A stretch of 64,000 nt of DNA, taken from NCBI GenBank assembly GCA_963702445.1, contig CAVPCZ010000003.1, forward strand, positions 512,254-576,253, read 5' to 3'. Below, piece after piece: positions 50,213 to 59,986 of the stretch. Source of the DNA: Ignavibacteriota bacterium (GTDB lineage: Bacteria > Bacteroidota > Ignavibacteria > UBA10030 > UBA6906). Below the pieces are notes generated by a model. That model did no database searches and had not been told where the DNA came from. It saw only the letters and a program-made list of their open reading frames with translations. Made by a program: the position numbers and the translations under genes. Within the stretch, counting starts at the first letter, position 1. Each line of letters begins with the position of its first letter.

Positions 50213-51099
50213 AGCGACTCAAGCGGCGCAATGCCTTCAAACCCGAAGATCAGGCACAGTATGGTCTCGCCCTGGCAAGGCTCGGGCGGGATGACGAGGC
50301 GCTCAAGTCATTGCTGGATGCCGTCGCGATGGACTCGACAAACTGCGACGCCTATTTCAGTCTGGGCGCAATCTATATGAAGAAGCGGGATTATGAAAAA
50401 TCCGCCGCGATGTTCGAGAAGCGAATCAGCTGCGATACGAACTCGCTCTCATTGCCCACCTATCTCAATGCCGCTGCTTCCTATATGCAGACCAAGAATT
50501 ATCCCCGCGTGCGGGAGTTGCTCACCCGCGTGATCGAGGTGAAGCCGGACTTCCTCCAGGCGCGGTTGTGGCTGGCGCGCTATTACACGCAGGTCGACTC
50601 TCTGGACAACGCAAAAGCGGAATACGACGAGGTGCTGAAGCAAATCGGCAGCAACACAGACAAATTCAAGAAAGAAGCTGCCGAAGCCCATTACCTGCTT
50701 GGCATGTACTACTTCCGGAAACAAGCGTTCGGATCGGCCGTGGAGTCGTTCCGCAAGGCCTCGGGTCTTGGCTACGAAGATCCCAACCTGCGGCTCACGT
50801 GGGGTCAGGCGGTCATGCAAACTCTGGATCGTACAGGAAATGCAGCGGACAATGCCGTCAAGATTCAAGAGAGCATCCGTCTGTTCCGCAAAGTGATAGA
50901 GCTCGATCCCAGCAATGCGCAGGGTCATCTCTGGCTTGCCCAGGGACTCATCCAGTCGCGCGTGGAAGGGGACGATGAGAAGAACAGGCAGCTTCGAGAC
51001 GACGCCTGCGGGGAACTGCGCAAAGTGCTCAAGATCGAACCGAAGAACGAGGATGCGAAAAAGGCCATGGAGAGGATCGGCTGCCCGGGAGCAAAGTAG
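50209..51099 (+). CDS. tetratricopeptide repeat protein
   Basis: 296 aa with TPR units (..AYFSLGAIYMKKRDYEKSAAMFEK..). Start overlaps the upstream stop (ATGA). Confidence 0.85.
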   Translation: MKRLKRRNAFKPEDQAQYGLALARLGRDDEALKSLLDAVAMDSTNCDAYFSLGAIYMKKRDYEKSAAMFEKRISCDTNSLSLPTYLNAAASYMQTKNYPRVRELLTRVIEVKPDFLQARLWLARYYTQVDSLDNAKAEYDEVLKQIGSNTDKFKKEAAEAHYLLGMYYFRKQAFGSAVESFRKASGLGYEDPNLRLTWGQAVMQTLDRTGNAADNAVKIQESIRLFRKVIELDPSNAQGHLWLAQGLIQSRVEGDDEKNRQLRDDACGELRKVLKIEPKNEDAKKAMERIGCPGAK

Positions 51100-51168
51100 G
51101 TTTTGGGCGACAGAAGGACTGAAGACGGAGAGGGAGGGGTTGAAGGGAGGAGCGGGAGGAACGAACAG

Positions 51169-51205
51169 GAGCCATACCACAGCGAGTGGGGCGGCTCTTT
51201 TTTTT
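51169..51205 (+). terminator. rho-independent terminator of the STAS-Ton-TPR operon
   Basis: Interrupted stem GAGCC..CCAC-agcga-GTGG..GGCTC (51169-51197) followed by T8 (51198-51205). Confidence 0.6.
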
Positions 51206-51259
51206 GTCGAATCTCGGACCAATTTTTGAGGTTTCTCAGAAGAATTTCTACGAAAAGAC

Positions 51260-51288
51260 TTGACAGGGGGCGTTCCGTTTTGTATATT
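51260..51288 (+). promoter_or_regulatory. near-consensus sigma-70 promoter TTGACA-17-TATATT of the ECF sigma gene
   Basis: -35 at 51260-51265, 17-bp spacer, -10 at 51283-51288. Confidence 0.6.
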
Positions 51289-51301
51289 GAAGATAACAAA
51301 T

Positions 51302-51328
51302 ATATCGTCCATATCGTCTATATCGTAA
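51302..51328 (+). repeat. three tandem 9-bp repeats ATATCGTCC / ATATCGTCT / ATATCGTAA
   Basis: Read directly. They lie in the predicted 5' leader between the -10 (51283-51288) and the GGAGG/ATG 51361 of the ECF sigma gene. Confidence 0.9.
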
Positions 51329-51360
51329 ATTTAAGATCCTGTATACTAGAGGAGGGCACG

Positions 51361-51963
51361 ATGAAGATGGTGGAAAATAATCGTCACCGCCAGTTCGAAA
51401 AAGAAATGATGCCGTACATGGACATGCTTTACAGCTACGCCTACTATCTTTCCGGAGACAGGGAGCAGGCGAACGACATCCTGCAGGATACGTATCTCAA
51501 AGCATTCCGGTTCTACGACAAATTCGAACGCGGAACAAACGCGAAAGCATGGCTCTACAGGATCATGAAGAACACGTATATCAACGAGTACCGCCGGACG
51601 CACAGACTTCCTGAGATCGTGGAATATGACGAACACATCTCATCGTACCAGATGAGCAGGGGGGGCAATCCGGCATCGGGCGATCTTCGTGCGATGCTGG
51701 AAACGCAAACCTTTGACGATGATATTGCCGGCGCAATTGCAGCCCTGCCGGACAAGTTCAAGAGCGTCGTCGTCCTGAGGGATATCGAGGAGCTTCCTTA
51801 CGAGGAGATTGCGGAGGCGCTGGAGATTCCGATAGGCACGGTTCGATCACGTCTTCACCGGGCACGGGCGATTCTGTTTGAACGCCTCAAGGGGTATGCC
51901 AGGGACAGAGGATATGCGGTAGAAGATCACTTCGTGCCGGACAAGCTGGCGCTGGCATCCTGA
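51361..51963 (+). CDS. RNA polymerase ECF-type sigma-70 family factor
   Basis: Start at MKMVENNRHRQF (GGAGGG upstream) in ORF 51103..51963. Region 2 reads ..DILQDTYLKAFRFYDKF..AWLYRIMKNTYINEYRR.. and region 4 reads ..LPYEEIAEALEIPIGTVRSRLHRAR... No anti-sigma gene follows. Confidence 0.9.
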   Translation: MKMVENNRHRQFEKEMMPYMDMLYSYAYYLSGDREQANDILQDTYLKAFRFYDKFERGTNAKAWLYRIMKNTYINEYRRTHRLPEIVEYDEHISSYQMSRGGNPASGDLRAMLETQTFDDDIAGAIAALPDKFKSVVVLRDIEELPYEEIAEALEIPIGTVRSRLHRARAILFERLKGYARDRGYAVEDHFVPDKLALAS

Positions 51964-51983
51964 GCCTGAGAAATCCCGCGTAC

Positions 51984-52032
51984 CGGTAAGCACACGGACC
52001 GCACCAATGTGAAGCAGTCCGTGTGCTTACCG
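51984..52032. terminator. perfect 16-bp hairpin between convergent sigma and Nudix genes (bidirectional terminator candidate)
   Basis: CGGTAAGCACACGGAC (51984-51999), a 17-nt loop, then GTCCGTGTGCTTACCG (52017-52032), followed by TTTTA. The right arm contains the Nudix stop codon (52027-52029). Confidence 0.5.
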
Positions 52033-52650
52033 TTTTACCGTATGCCGGCCTCCCCCGTGGAGGATGTCGCAGAGATTTCTGATCATTGCCGCGGTCGCCC
52101 CCCAGATAACCCTTCCCTGGTATTCGTAGAACCAGACCTCTCGCTCGCCCAGCGGAGTGGAGAGCATTTCCCGCCGTCCGTTCTCCGGATCCGCAAAGAA
52201 AGGCAGGGGTACGGTAAACACTTCGGCCACTTCGCGAGGATTGGGTTTCATTTGAGGAATCGGCCCGACGATCCCCACAACGGGGGTGATCAGAAAACCT
52301 GTCGGCGTGAAAAGGTCGTCAAGCATGCCCAGTACTTCGACGTGCGCGGGGGCGATCCCCAGTTCCTCCTCGGTTTCGCGCAGCGCCGTGTGCCGCCGAC
52401 TCGTGTCCCCTTCATCCACCATTCCGCCGGGAAAGGAGATCTGTCCCTTATGCGTTTCCACGTCTTCGGTCCGGCGGGTGAGAAGGATATCAACGGCACC
52501 GGCCTTCAGGACAAGAGGGATCAGGACAGCCGCCGGCGTAAACCCTCCACGGGTAACGGGGGAGGGGATGTCGTCCGCCGATTGGCGGAATAGGGCCCGA
52601 AGCGCCGCGGGAGTGATTTCCTTCATGATCCAAGATACCAAACCCGGCAC
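52027..52650 (-). CDS. Nudix hydrolase, CoA pyrophosphatase-like
   Basis: Nudix box GGMVDEGDTSRRHTALRETEEELGI, preceded by ..LLTRRTEDVETHKGQISFPGG... The start may be the internal MKEITP (52626). Confidence 0.85.
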   Translation of the reverse strand: MPGLVSWIMKEITPAALRALFRQSADDIPSPVTRGGFTPAAVLIPLVLKAGAVDILLTRRTEDVETHKGQISFPGGMVDEGDTSRRHTALRETEEELGIAPAHVEVLGMLDDLFTPTGFLITPVVGIVGPIPQMKPNPREVAEVFTVPLPFFADPENGRREMLSTPLGEREVWFYEYQGRVIWGATAAMIRNLCDILHGGGRHTVKR

Positions 52651-52670
52651 CGATCTGCAAAACGCGCGGA

Positions 52671-52699
52671 TTGCATGTTCGTACCCGGCTCTCTATATT
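52671..52699 (+). promoter_or_regulatory. putative promoter TTGCAT-17-TATATT of copZ
   Basis: -35 at 52671-52676 and -10 at 52694-52699. The palindrome TATCGATA (52705-52712) lies just downstream. Confidence 0.45.
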
Positions 52700-52743
52700 A
52701 CTACTATCGATACGAAGGATATGTCCAACAGTACGGAACCTGT

Positions 52744-52944
52744 ATGCACGAGCGTGAAGTCCGCATCGAAGGGATGACCTGCCAGCATTGTGTTCTGGCG
52801 GTCCAGAAGGCTCTCAATCGTGTCCCGGGAATCACCCTTCAGGTCGTTCGGGTTGGTGCCGTTGTCTACAGCGCGCCGGACACCGAGCGCGTGCTGCCGC
52901 AGGTGCGTGCAGCCATCACGGAAGCCGGGTACACTCCGGCATGA
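52744..52944 (+). CDS. copZ: heavy-metal-associated (HMA) domain metallochaperone, CopZ-like
   Basis: 66 aa from MHEREVRIEGMTCQHCVLAV (GMTCxxC motif) within ORF 52675..52944. Confidence 0.85.
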   Translation: MHEREVRIEGMTCQHCVLAVQKALNRVPGITLQVVRVGAVVYSAPDTERVLPQVRAAITEAGYTPA

Positions 52945-52954
52945 CCTGCGCACC

Positions 52955-53299
52955 ATGAATTCTCCGCTTCTGATCGTCGATGTTGCACATCCTCCCATGC
53001 CCCCGCACATCGTGGAAGAGCAGCTGCTGGCTGCGTGGTCCCGTGCCCGGAACACATCGTCGGTCCGTGTCCTGAAGATCATCCACGGGCATGGCAGTTC
53101 GGGAAAGGGAGGATCGACCAGGGTGGTTGTTCGCAACTGGGTTCACGGGCAGCGATCACGGTTCCGGGCGGTCATACCGGGTGAATCGTATACCCTGTTT
53201 GATGCGGCAACGCAGTCCCTGCGGCAGGAGATAGGCGCGTTTCACGATCCGGATCTCCACAACGGCAATCCGGGGATAACGGTGATCTGGATCCGGTAG
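52955..53299 (+). CDS. Smr domain protein
   Basis: 114 aa from MNSPLLIVDVAH; ..VRVLKIIHGHGSSGKGGSTRVVVRNWV.. is typical of Smr/MutS2 C-terminal domains. Confidence 0.7.
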   Translation: MNSPLLIVDVAHPPMPPHIVEEQLLAAWSRARNTSSVRVLKIIHGHGSSGKGGSTRVVVRNWVHGQRSRFRAVIPGESYTLFDAATQSLRQEIGAFHDPDLHNGNPGITVIWIR

Positions 53300-53321
53300 A
53301 TTCATCCTCTTTGGGGTTCCC

Positions 53322-55076
53322 ATGCGCTCCCGGTGGTTCCTGCTTTTGCTGCTTCCCGTGCTCTTTCCCTTCCGGACATTCCCGGCTGACGGCTGGAGAA
53401 CCGCATATGACTCCAGCGGTTTCCTGCGCACGCCGCGGTACGATGCAACCGTAGAGTACTGCAAACGTCTTGCGGGCGCTTCCCCCTGGGCCCGCTACAT
53501 GCCCTTCGGGCGGAGTCCGCAGGGACGCGATATTCCCCTCCTGATCGTTTCACGTGACAGGGCGTTTACACCCGATGCTGCGGCAAAGACAGGGAAACCC
53601 GTCGTTCTGATACAGGCCGGCATTCACGCGGGAGAAATTGACGGGAAGGATGCGGGACTGGGCCTGTTGCGGGATATGCTGATCCTCAAACAGTCCGTGA
53701 ATCTGCTGGACAGCGTGATTGTTCTTTTTGTGCCGATATTCAACGTGGACGGACATGAACGGTTCGGGCCATACAACCGGATCAATCAGAACGGACCGGC
53801 AGAAATGGGCTGGCGAACCACGGCGCAGAACCTCAATCTGAACCGGGACTATATGAAGGCCGATGCTCCCGAAATGCGGGCAATGCTCTCACTCTTCACC
53901 TCATGGCTCCCTGATCTTTATGTCGACTGCCACGTGACGGACGGGATCGACTTTCAGTACGATGTCACTTATACCACCGAGTGCGGGCCCAATATTCCCC
54001 GCGCCGTATCCGGATGGATGCAGGATACGCTTCTGTCGCGGGTCCTCCCGGCCGTAGAGGCATCCGGCCACAGGATTTTCTGGTATATCTTTCCCCGCGA
54101 GGACCTGGATCTCTCGAAAGGGATGCAGGGTGGTGCGGCACCCCCGAGATTTTCCACCGGGTATGCGGCCCTGCAGAACCGTCCGTCGCTGCTGATTGAA
54201 ACGCACATGCTGAAGCCGTATAGAGTGCGGGTGGAGGCAACCTATCATCTGCTGAAGGCCGTTCTGACCGTGCTGCACAGCCACGGCCGGGAATTACGGC
54301 GGCTTGTGCGCAGCGCAGATCGTACGGTGGCCGGATCGGCCGAAGGCTCTATCGAGCCTCTTCGTATGGGCATGGGAAATGGGTTTCACATGCGCCGGTT
54401 TCTCGGCATACGGCCGCGTACGGAACCCAGTGCGATATCCGGCGGCACACGAGTGCTGTACACCGGCGAACCGTTCGAGCTGGATATCCCCTTCTACGAT
54501 GAGATCATCGTGCAGGACTCGGTTGCCGTTCCGCATGCCTATATCGTGCCCCCGGAGTGGGCATTTGTGCCCGAGATCCTGAGGCTTCACGGCATCCGCT
54601 TCGAGCGGCTTGCGGCCGCGCGGACGGTGGAGGTCGACTCCTACCGGTTCGGCAATGTGCAATGTGCCTCCCGTCCCTACGAAGGGCGGCAGGCGGCGAC
54701 ATACACAGCGATCCCGGTGCGCGAACTGCGGCTCTATCCGGCCGGGTCACTTCTGATCCCGATGAACCAGCGTGCCGCACGTGTTGCAGTTCATCTGCTT
54801 GAACCGCGCTCCGGCGATTCGTTCGTGGCATGGGGAATGTTCAACAGCATCTTCGAGCAGAAAGAGTATGCGGAGGAGTACATGATGGAAGGGGTCGGCA
54901 GGCGGATGCTTGAAGCACAACCGTCCCTGCGAAAGGAGTTTGAGGATCGTGTGGCGGCCGACTCGGCATTCGCCCGCAGTCCCGGGCTACGCCTGAACTG
55001 GCTTTATCTGCGGTCGCCCTGGGCGGACAAGAAACTCAATCTGTACCCGGTCGGCCGGCTTTCCGGAAAACTGTAG
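53322..55076 (+). CDS. M14 family zinc carboxypeptidase (secreted)
   Basis: 584 aa with a signal peptide. Zinc ligand motif ..QAGIHAGEIDG.. and ..PIFNVDGHERF... Confidence 0.85.
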   Translation: MRSRWFLLLLLPVLFPFRTFPADGWRTAYDSSGFLRTPRYDATVEYCKRLAGASPWARYMPFGRSPQGRDIPLLIVSRDRAFTPDAAAKTGKPVVLIQAGIHAGEIDGKDAGLGLLRDMLILKQSVNLLDSVIVLFVPIFNVDGHERFGPYNRINQNGPAEMGWRTTAQNLNLNRDYMKADAPEMRAMLSLFTSWLPDLYVDCHVTDGIDFQYDVTYTTECGPNIPRAVSGWMQDTLLSRVLPAVEASGHRIFWYIFPREDLDLSKGMQGGAAPPRFSTGYAALQNRPSLLIETHMLKPYRVRVEATYHLLKAVLTVLHSHGRELRRLVRSADRTVAGSAEGSIEPLRMGMGNGFHMRRFLGIRPRTEPSAISGGTRVLYTGEPFELDIPFYDEIIVQDSVAVPHAYIVPPEWAFVPEILRLHGIRFERLAAARTVEVDSYRFGNVQCASRPYEGRQAATYTAIPVRELRLYPAGSLLIPMNQRAARVAVHLLEPRSGDSFVAWGMFNSIFEQKEYAEEYMMEGVGRRMLEAQPSLRKEFEDRVAADSAFARSPGLRLNWLYLRSPWADKKLNLYPVGRLSGKL

Positions 55077-55176
55077 CACACCACGCGGCCTCCGGGTGAG
55101 CCGCCCCGGGAAGGGGAAAAGCAGGTCTGCAGGAGGTGGAGGTCAGATGTCATGGAGAGCCAGGGTGAAAACAGTG

Positions 55177-55207
55177 CGGCACTCCCCACCCCGGGAGGGG
55201 AGTGCCG
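55177..55207 (-). terminator. terminator hairpin downstream of gltA
   Basis: 11-bp stem CGGCACTCCCC / GGGGAGTGCCG with a 9-nt loop. On the minus strand it is followed by CACTGTTTTC. Confidence 0.5.
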
Positions 55208-55226
55208 CCGGCGTGTACAGCGTGTA

Positions 55227-56535
55227 TCAGGATCTCTGGCCCAACATCGGCACGTCACGCTTGTCATAGCCGAGGTAGATCTGGCGTGGACGCGCGATCT
55301 TCTGCTCCGAATCCGCAATCATCTCCGCCCACTGGGCGAGCCAGCCGGACATGCGTCCGATGGCGAATAGCACCGGGAACATATCCACCGGGAATTTCAT
55401 TGCCTGGTAGATGAGGCCGGAGTAGAAGTCGACGTTCGGATAGAGCTTCCGCTTGATGAAGTATTCGTCCTGGAGCGCAATCCGTTCGAGTTCCAGGGCG
55501 ATGTCCAGTTTCGGGTTCCGGCCGGTCACTTCGAACACCTGGTCCGCCAGCCGTTTGATAATATTCGCGCGGGGATCATAGTTCTTGTACACCCGGTGAC
55601 CGAAGCCCATCAAACGGCCCTTGCCGTCCTTCACTTCCTTGATAAAGGCCGGGACCTTCTCCAGACTCCCGACCTCATCCAGCATGCGCAGCACGGCTTC
55701 GTTGGCGCCGCCGTGCAGGGGGCCGTACAGGGCTGCCGAGGCTGCGGCTGCGGCGCTGTAGGGATCGACCTGTGAACTGCCCACGGCGCGCATGGCGCTG
55801 GTGCTGCAGTTCTGCTCATGATCGGCATGCAGGATGAACAACACGTCCAGGGCCTTTTCCAGAACCGGATGCGGCTGGTACGTGGGCTCGGCGATCCGGT
55901 ACATCATGTTGAGGAAATTCCCGGCGTACGACAGATCGTTGTCCGGGTGCACATACGGCATGCCCATGCTGTGGCGGTAGGCAAACGCCGCAAGTGTGGG
56001 CGCTTTGCCGATAAGCCGGTGGAATGTGAGTTCATGTTCCTGCTTGTCGCTCACATGTTTTGCGGTGGGGTAGAATGTGGAGAGGGCCGCGAGGGCGCTC
56101 ACGAACATCCCCATCGGGTGGGCGTCGTGATGGAAGCCGTCCATGAGCTTCTTGACGTTTTCGTGGACGAACGTATGCGTGGTGATGTGTCCGCTCCATT
56201 CGGCGAGCTGTGCCTTGGTCGGCAGCTCCCCATAGATCACCAGATAGGCCACTTCCAGATACGAGCACCGTTCGGCAAGCTGCTCAATGGGGTATCCCCG
56301 GTAGCGCAGGATCCCTTTGTCGCCGTCGATGAACGTGATCTTGCTCTTGCATGCGGCGGTGTTCATGAACGCCGGGTCGTATGTCATCATCCCGAAATCA
56401 TCGGCGTTGACTTTGATCTGCCGGAGATCGGTTGCGTGAATCGTGTCGTGCTGGATGGGGACCTCGTAGGTTTTCCCCGTCCGGTTGTCGGTGATGGACA
56501 GTGTGGGCTTTGTGGTGTCGCCTGCGGCATTGCAT
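55227..56535 (-). CDS. gltA: citrate synthase (type II); start-proximal frameshift
   Basis: ORF 55227..56390 carries the GHRVYKNYDPRA signature. The conserved N-terminus ..NAAGDTTKPTLSITDNRTGKTYEVPIQHDTIHATDLRQIKVNADDFGMMTYDP.. continues upstream in frame but has no start codon. ATG 56535 (GAGGAGAG upstream) is one nt out of frame. Confidence 0.9.
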
Positions 56536-56618
56536 GGGTACTCTCCTCACGGAAGTGAATGGACAGTGAACAGGGACAATGCAGTCTGTTTCAGCGGAAG
56601 GGACCTCTCAGAGCGTAC

Positions 56619-56647
56619 CCCGTGATGTCCGGCTATCACATCACGGG
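56619..56647 (-). terminator. 10-bp hairpin downstream of the tricorn-like gene (no U-tract)
   Basis: CCCGTGATGT (56619-56628), a 9-nt loop, then ACATCACGGG (56638-56647). Confidence 0.3.
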
Positions 56648-56697
56648 ATACGGGAAACCTACAAAGATCAGCTCTGAAAAACAAGCGTGCCAACAGG

Positions 56698-59600
56698 TTA
56701 TTTCTTCGGATACGGTGGTCGCGCCGGGAATGTCGAGGGATTCTCGGCGATCTTCTTGAGCACCACTTCCAGGGCCTTCTCGAGCTGGAGGTCCCTGCCC
56801 GCCATCACCGAGGCCGGGTCGTTATCCAGGAAAATGTCCGGATCGGCGCCATGGTTTTCCACGAGCCATTTCCCCTCCGCACCGAAGAAGGCGTTGTTCG
56901 ACTGTTGTACCGAGCCGTTGTCAATGGTGGTCTGTCCGTTCAGGATGCCGACAAGGCCGCCCCAGGAGGGGACCCCGACGACCGTTCCGAGCTTCCGTGC
57001 CTTGAAGTGCTCGATGAAGGCCTCTCCATCCGAGCCGTTTTGTTCGTTGGAGATAGCCACGTAATGAGCCGACGATGCAGAGCCGGGATAGCGGAAGGGG
57101 ACCATGCCGTTAAGCACGTTGTATGCGACCATCTTCCGTTCAAGTTTGTCGATCAGGAAGTATTCCGTCCATCCCCCCGAATTTCTCCTGACGTCGATAA
57201 TCAGCCCCTCTTTATAGCGGAATGCCCGCCAGAATTTGTCGAACTCCCCGATTCCCCCCGCTCCCATGGCGTTGATATGCATGTACCCGACTTTGCCGTC
57301 GGACGCCTTCAGCACGTAGCGGATATTGTCGGTCAACCACCGCAAATAACGGAGTGAGGCGTCGTATCGGATCGGGACCACGTCATAGGTTGTCGCGCCC
57401 TGGGCCGAGGGCACCGCATTCACGGTCACCGTGACCTTCTGCCCCGGGTGGATCTGCAGGAGCCGGTGATAATCGGCGGGCGGTTTCACCTGCGTCCCAT
57501 TGATGGCGATGAGATAGTGCCCTTCCTGCAGCGTGATGTCCGGCCGTGACAGCGGTGCGGTCAGCTCCAGATTGTATTCTGTCGGGCCGTATATGCGGGT
57601 GAAGCGGTAGAAGCCGCTTTTCGGATCCGGGGAGAGGTCGGCGCCCAGCCAGCCCGTAAAGACCTGTGTGGCGGGGGGGGTAAGCGGACCCATGTCGCCG
57701 CCGCTGATGTAGGTATGTGAGACGCAGAGTTCCCCGACCATCTGCGAGAGCACCCAGTTCAGCTCATCCCGGGAGGAGAGCGCAGGGATATAGGCCCGGT
57801 AGAAATCTCCCATCTTCTTCCAGTCTCTTCCGTGCATGCCCGGATCGTAGAAGAAATCCCGGTACCAGCGCCATGCGTCGGAAAAGATCTGATTCCATTC
57901 CAGCTGATTGTCGACGGTATAGGGAAGGGCGCCGAGGGCCAATTTCCCTCCCCCCGTCTTTGTCTTATAGGCTTTCTCGACGGTAGTGGTGTCGTAGTCG
58001 TTTTCCTTCCGGGTCAGGAGACGTTCACCGTTCACCGAGAGACGGAACTCGCGGATCTTCTCGCCGAGCGTCACCTCCTTCTTCTGTTCCATATCGAAGA
58101 TGTGGAGATCCCATTTTGTGGCTGTGCCCGGTTTGAAGATCTCTTCGTATTCACTTTCTGTGAATTGCGGCACCGAGCACCAGGCGACTTTGCCTTTGCC
58201 CGCCTGCAGGAAAAAGTAGTTACCCGCGGGAACCGGGAGCGGAAAGGTGCGTTTCTGGATTCCGTCCACGTCGATGCGGAAAGGATCCGCGGCTTTCCGG
58301 CCGGGGGCGGCCGCCTCGCCGAACGGCGGCGTGTCACCGGCGGCAAGCTGCACGACCATGACCTGTTGCGGGGACTTCAGGACATGGTTGTCTTCGTAGA
58401 AGTCCATCGCCACGGAGAAGTTGCGGCTCGAGAGGTAGTACAGATACCTCCCGCCCGCATCGAAGCGCGGGTGAAGGTTGTCAAAAAAGTCGTCGGTGAC
58501 GGCCGCGCGGGTCCCCCGTTCCAGGCTGTAGAGGAACACCTGGCTGTTCCGGTTGAACTGCACGAGACTGTAGCAGATCCATTTGCCGTCCGGTGACCAT
58601 CCGTAGTCGGCGATCTCCCATGTGAATTCATCATTCTTCATCTGGTTGGAGGTGTCCACCCTGGTCAGCTTCTTCGTGGCCGCATCCAGGACAAACAGTG
58701 CATAGTCCTTGTTGCCGAAGAGGATCTTCCTGCCGTCGGGCGACCAGACGAGCCGGTAGGCGGTCCGGTTGAGTGCGGTGGTGAGGGGTGTCCACGCGCC
58801 CCCTTTGACGGATTGCGTGTAAATCTGATATTCACCCGATCTGTCGGAAAGAAAGGCGACCGTCTGTCCGTCGGGGGAGAGGGCGGGATGCATCTCTCGC
58901 GTGCCGGGCGTGGCGGAAAGGTTGAGGGCGGGTTTGTTCTCTCCTGCGACGGCATACAGATCCCCCCGGGCTTCCACCAGCACGGTTTTGCCGTCATTGG
59001 CAATATCCGCTGCGTGTATGTATTTCTTCGCGTCGATGGTCCGTGTCCGTGTCATCCACCGGTCGCTCGGGATGTTCAGGTGCAGCCGGGTAATTGCGCG
59101 CGTGGCGACATCCAGGAGATGGAGGTATCCGTCGTGGAGGTAGATGATCGTGGTCCCGTCCGTGGAGGGCATCATCACGTCCACGTCGGTGTATGTGGTG
59201 ATCTGGGTGATCTGCCGTGTTGTAAGATCCATGGCGTAGATGTTGGCAATGCCGCCGGTACGGTCGGAAACAAAGAACATGGTATTGCCGATCCACATGG
59301 GATAGCTGTTCTTCCCGACATAGTCGGTGACCGCCGTGAAGGTGTTGGTGGTGAAATCATACCGCCAGATATCCTGGTACTGGCCCCCCTTGTAGCGCTT
59401 CCAGTAATGCTCCTCGCTCCCGCGGCGGCAGTAGAGCATGGAAGAACCGTCAGGCGAGAAGCTCAAGAGCACACCGCGGTCGACGGGAAGCCGTTCCGGG
59501 AGGGTGCCGGTCCTGCCGACGCCATAGAGCATCGGATCCCGGGAAATGGCGATGTCGAACATGGAGCGGAAGATGATGCGCGAACCGTCGGGTGTCCACG

Positions 59601-59941
59601 CAAGCGTCTGCACCGAACGGGGCATGATACGTGAGGCGCGTCGGGGTTCCGCCCCCGGCAGGCATGAGATAGGCGTTCGTGCCGTCGTCATACTGTGCGG
59701 TGAAGGCAAGGGTGGTCCCGTCGGGGGAGAACCGTGCCGCGAATTCCCGCCCGGGATGGCTGGTGAGGCGGGCGGCGGTGCCGCCGGCGGTCGTCGCGGT
59801 CCACAGATCTCCCTCGTAGGTAAACACGATGTCTTTCCCGTGGATGTCGGGATAGGTCATCAATCGTCCCTCGTCCGCAGCACGCACCAGAAGGGGGAGG
59901 AAGAAGGCAAGAAGCATGGAACCGCGCCATTGTCGGAACAT
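56698..59941 (-). CDS. tricorn protease homolog (beta-propellers, PDZ, S41 peptidase); one frameshift
   Basis: ORFs 59450..59941 (signal peptide, ..YPDIHGKDIVFTYEGDLW..) and 56698..59709 join at the G4 run near 59621 (..TRLTYH / ..PRSVQTLAWTPDGSRIIFRS..). The C-terminal S41 region reads ..DVRRNSGGW..NEQNGSDGE... Confidence 0.88.
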
Positions 59942-59986
59942 GATACCTCCGGAAGAACGAGAGTGTGAAAAAACGATGGTGAAACT

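Noticed and set aside
50200-50215. The two TPR genes as one frameshifted gene
   Set aside because: The junction is a clean ATGA stop/start overlap like several intact junctions here, and no conserved sequence continues across frames, so they are kept as two genes. This cannot be fully excluded without homolog alignment.
51132-51156. G-quadruplex-type motif GGGaGGGGttgaaGGGaggagcGGG within a ~60-nt purine-rich tract after the TPR gene
   Set aside because: It fits the G3+N1-7 pattern, but in DNA this GC-rich such motifs arise by chance. It lies between a stop codon and a terminator with no obvious target, and I cannot support a function from sequence alone.
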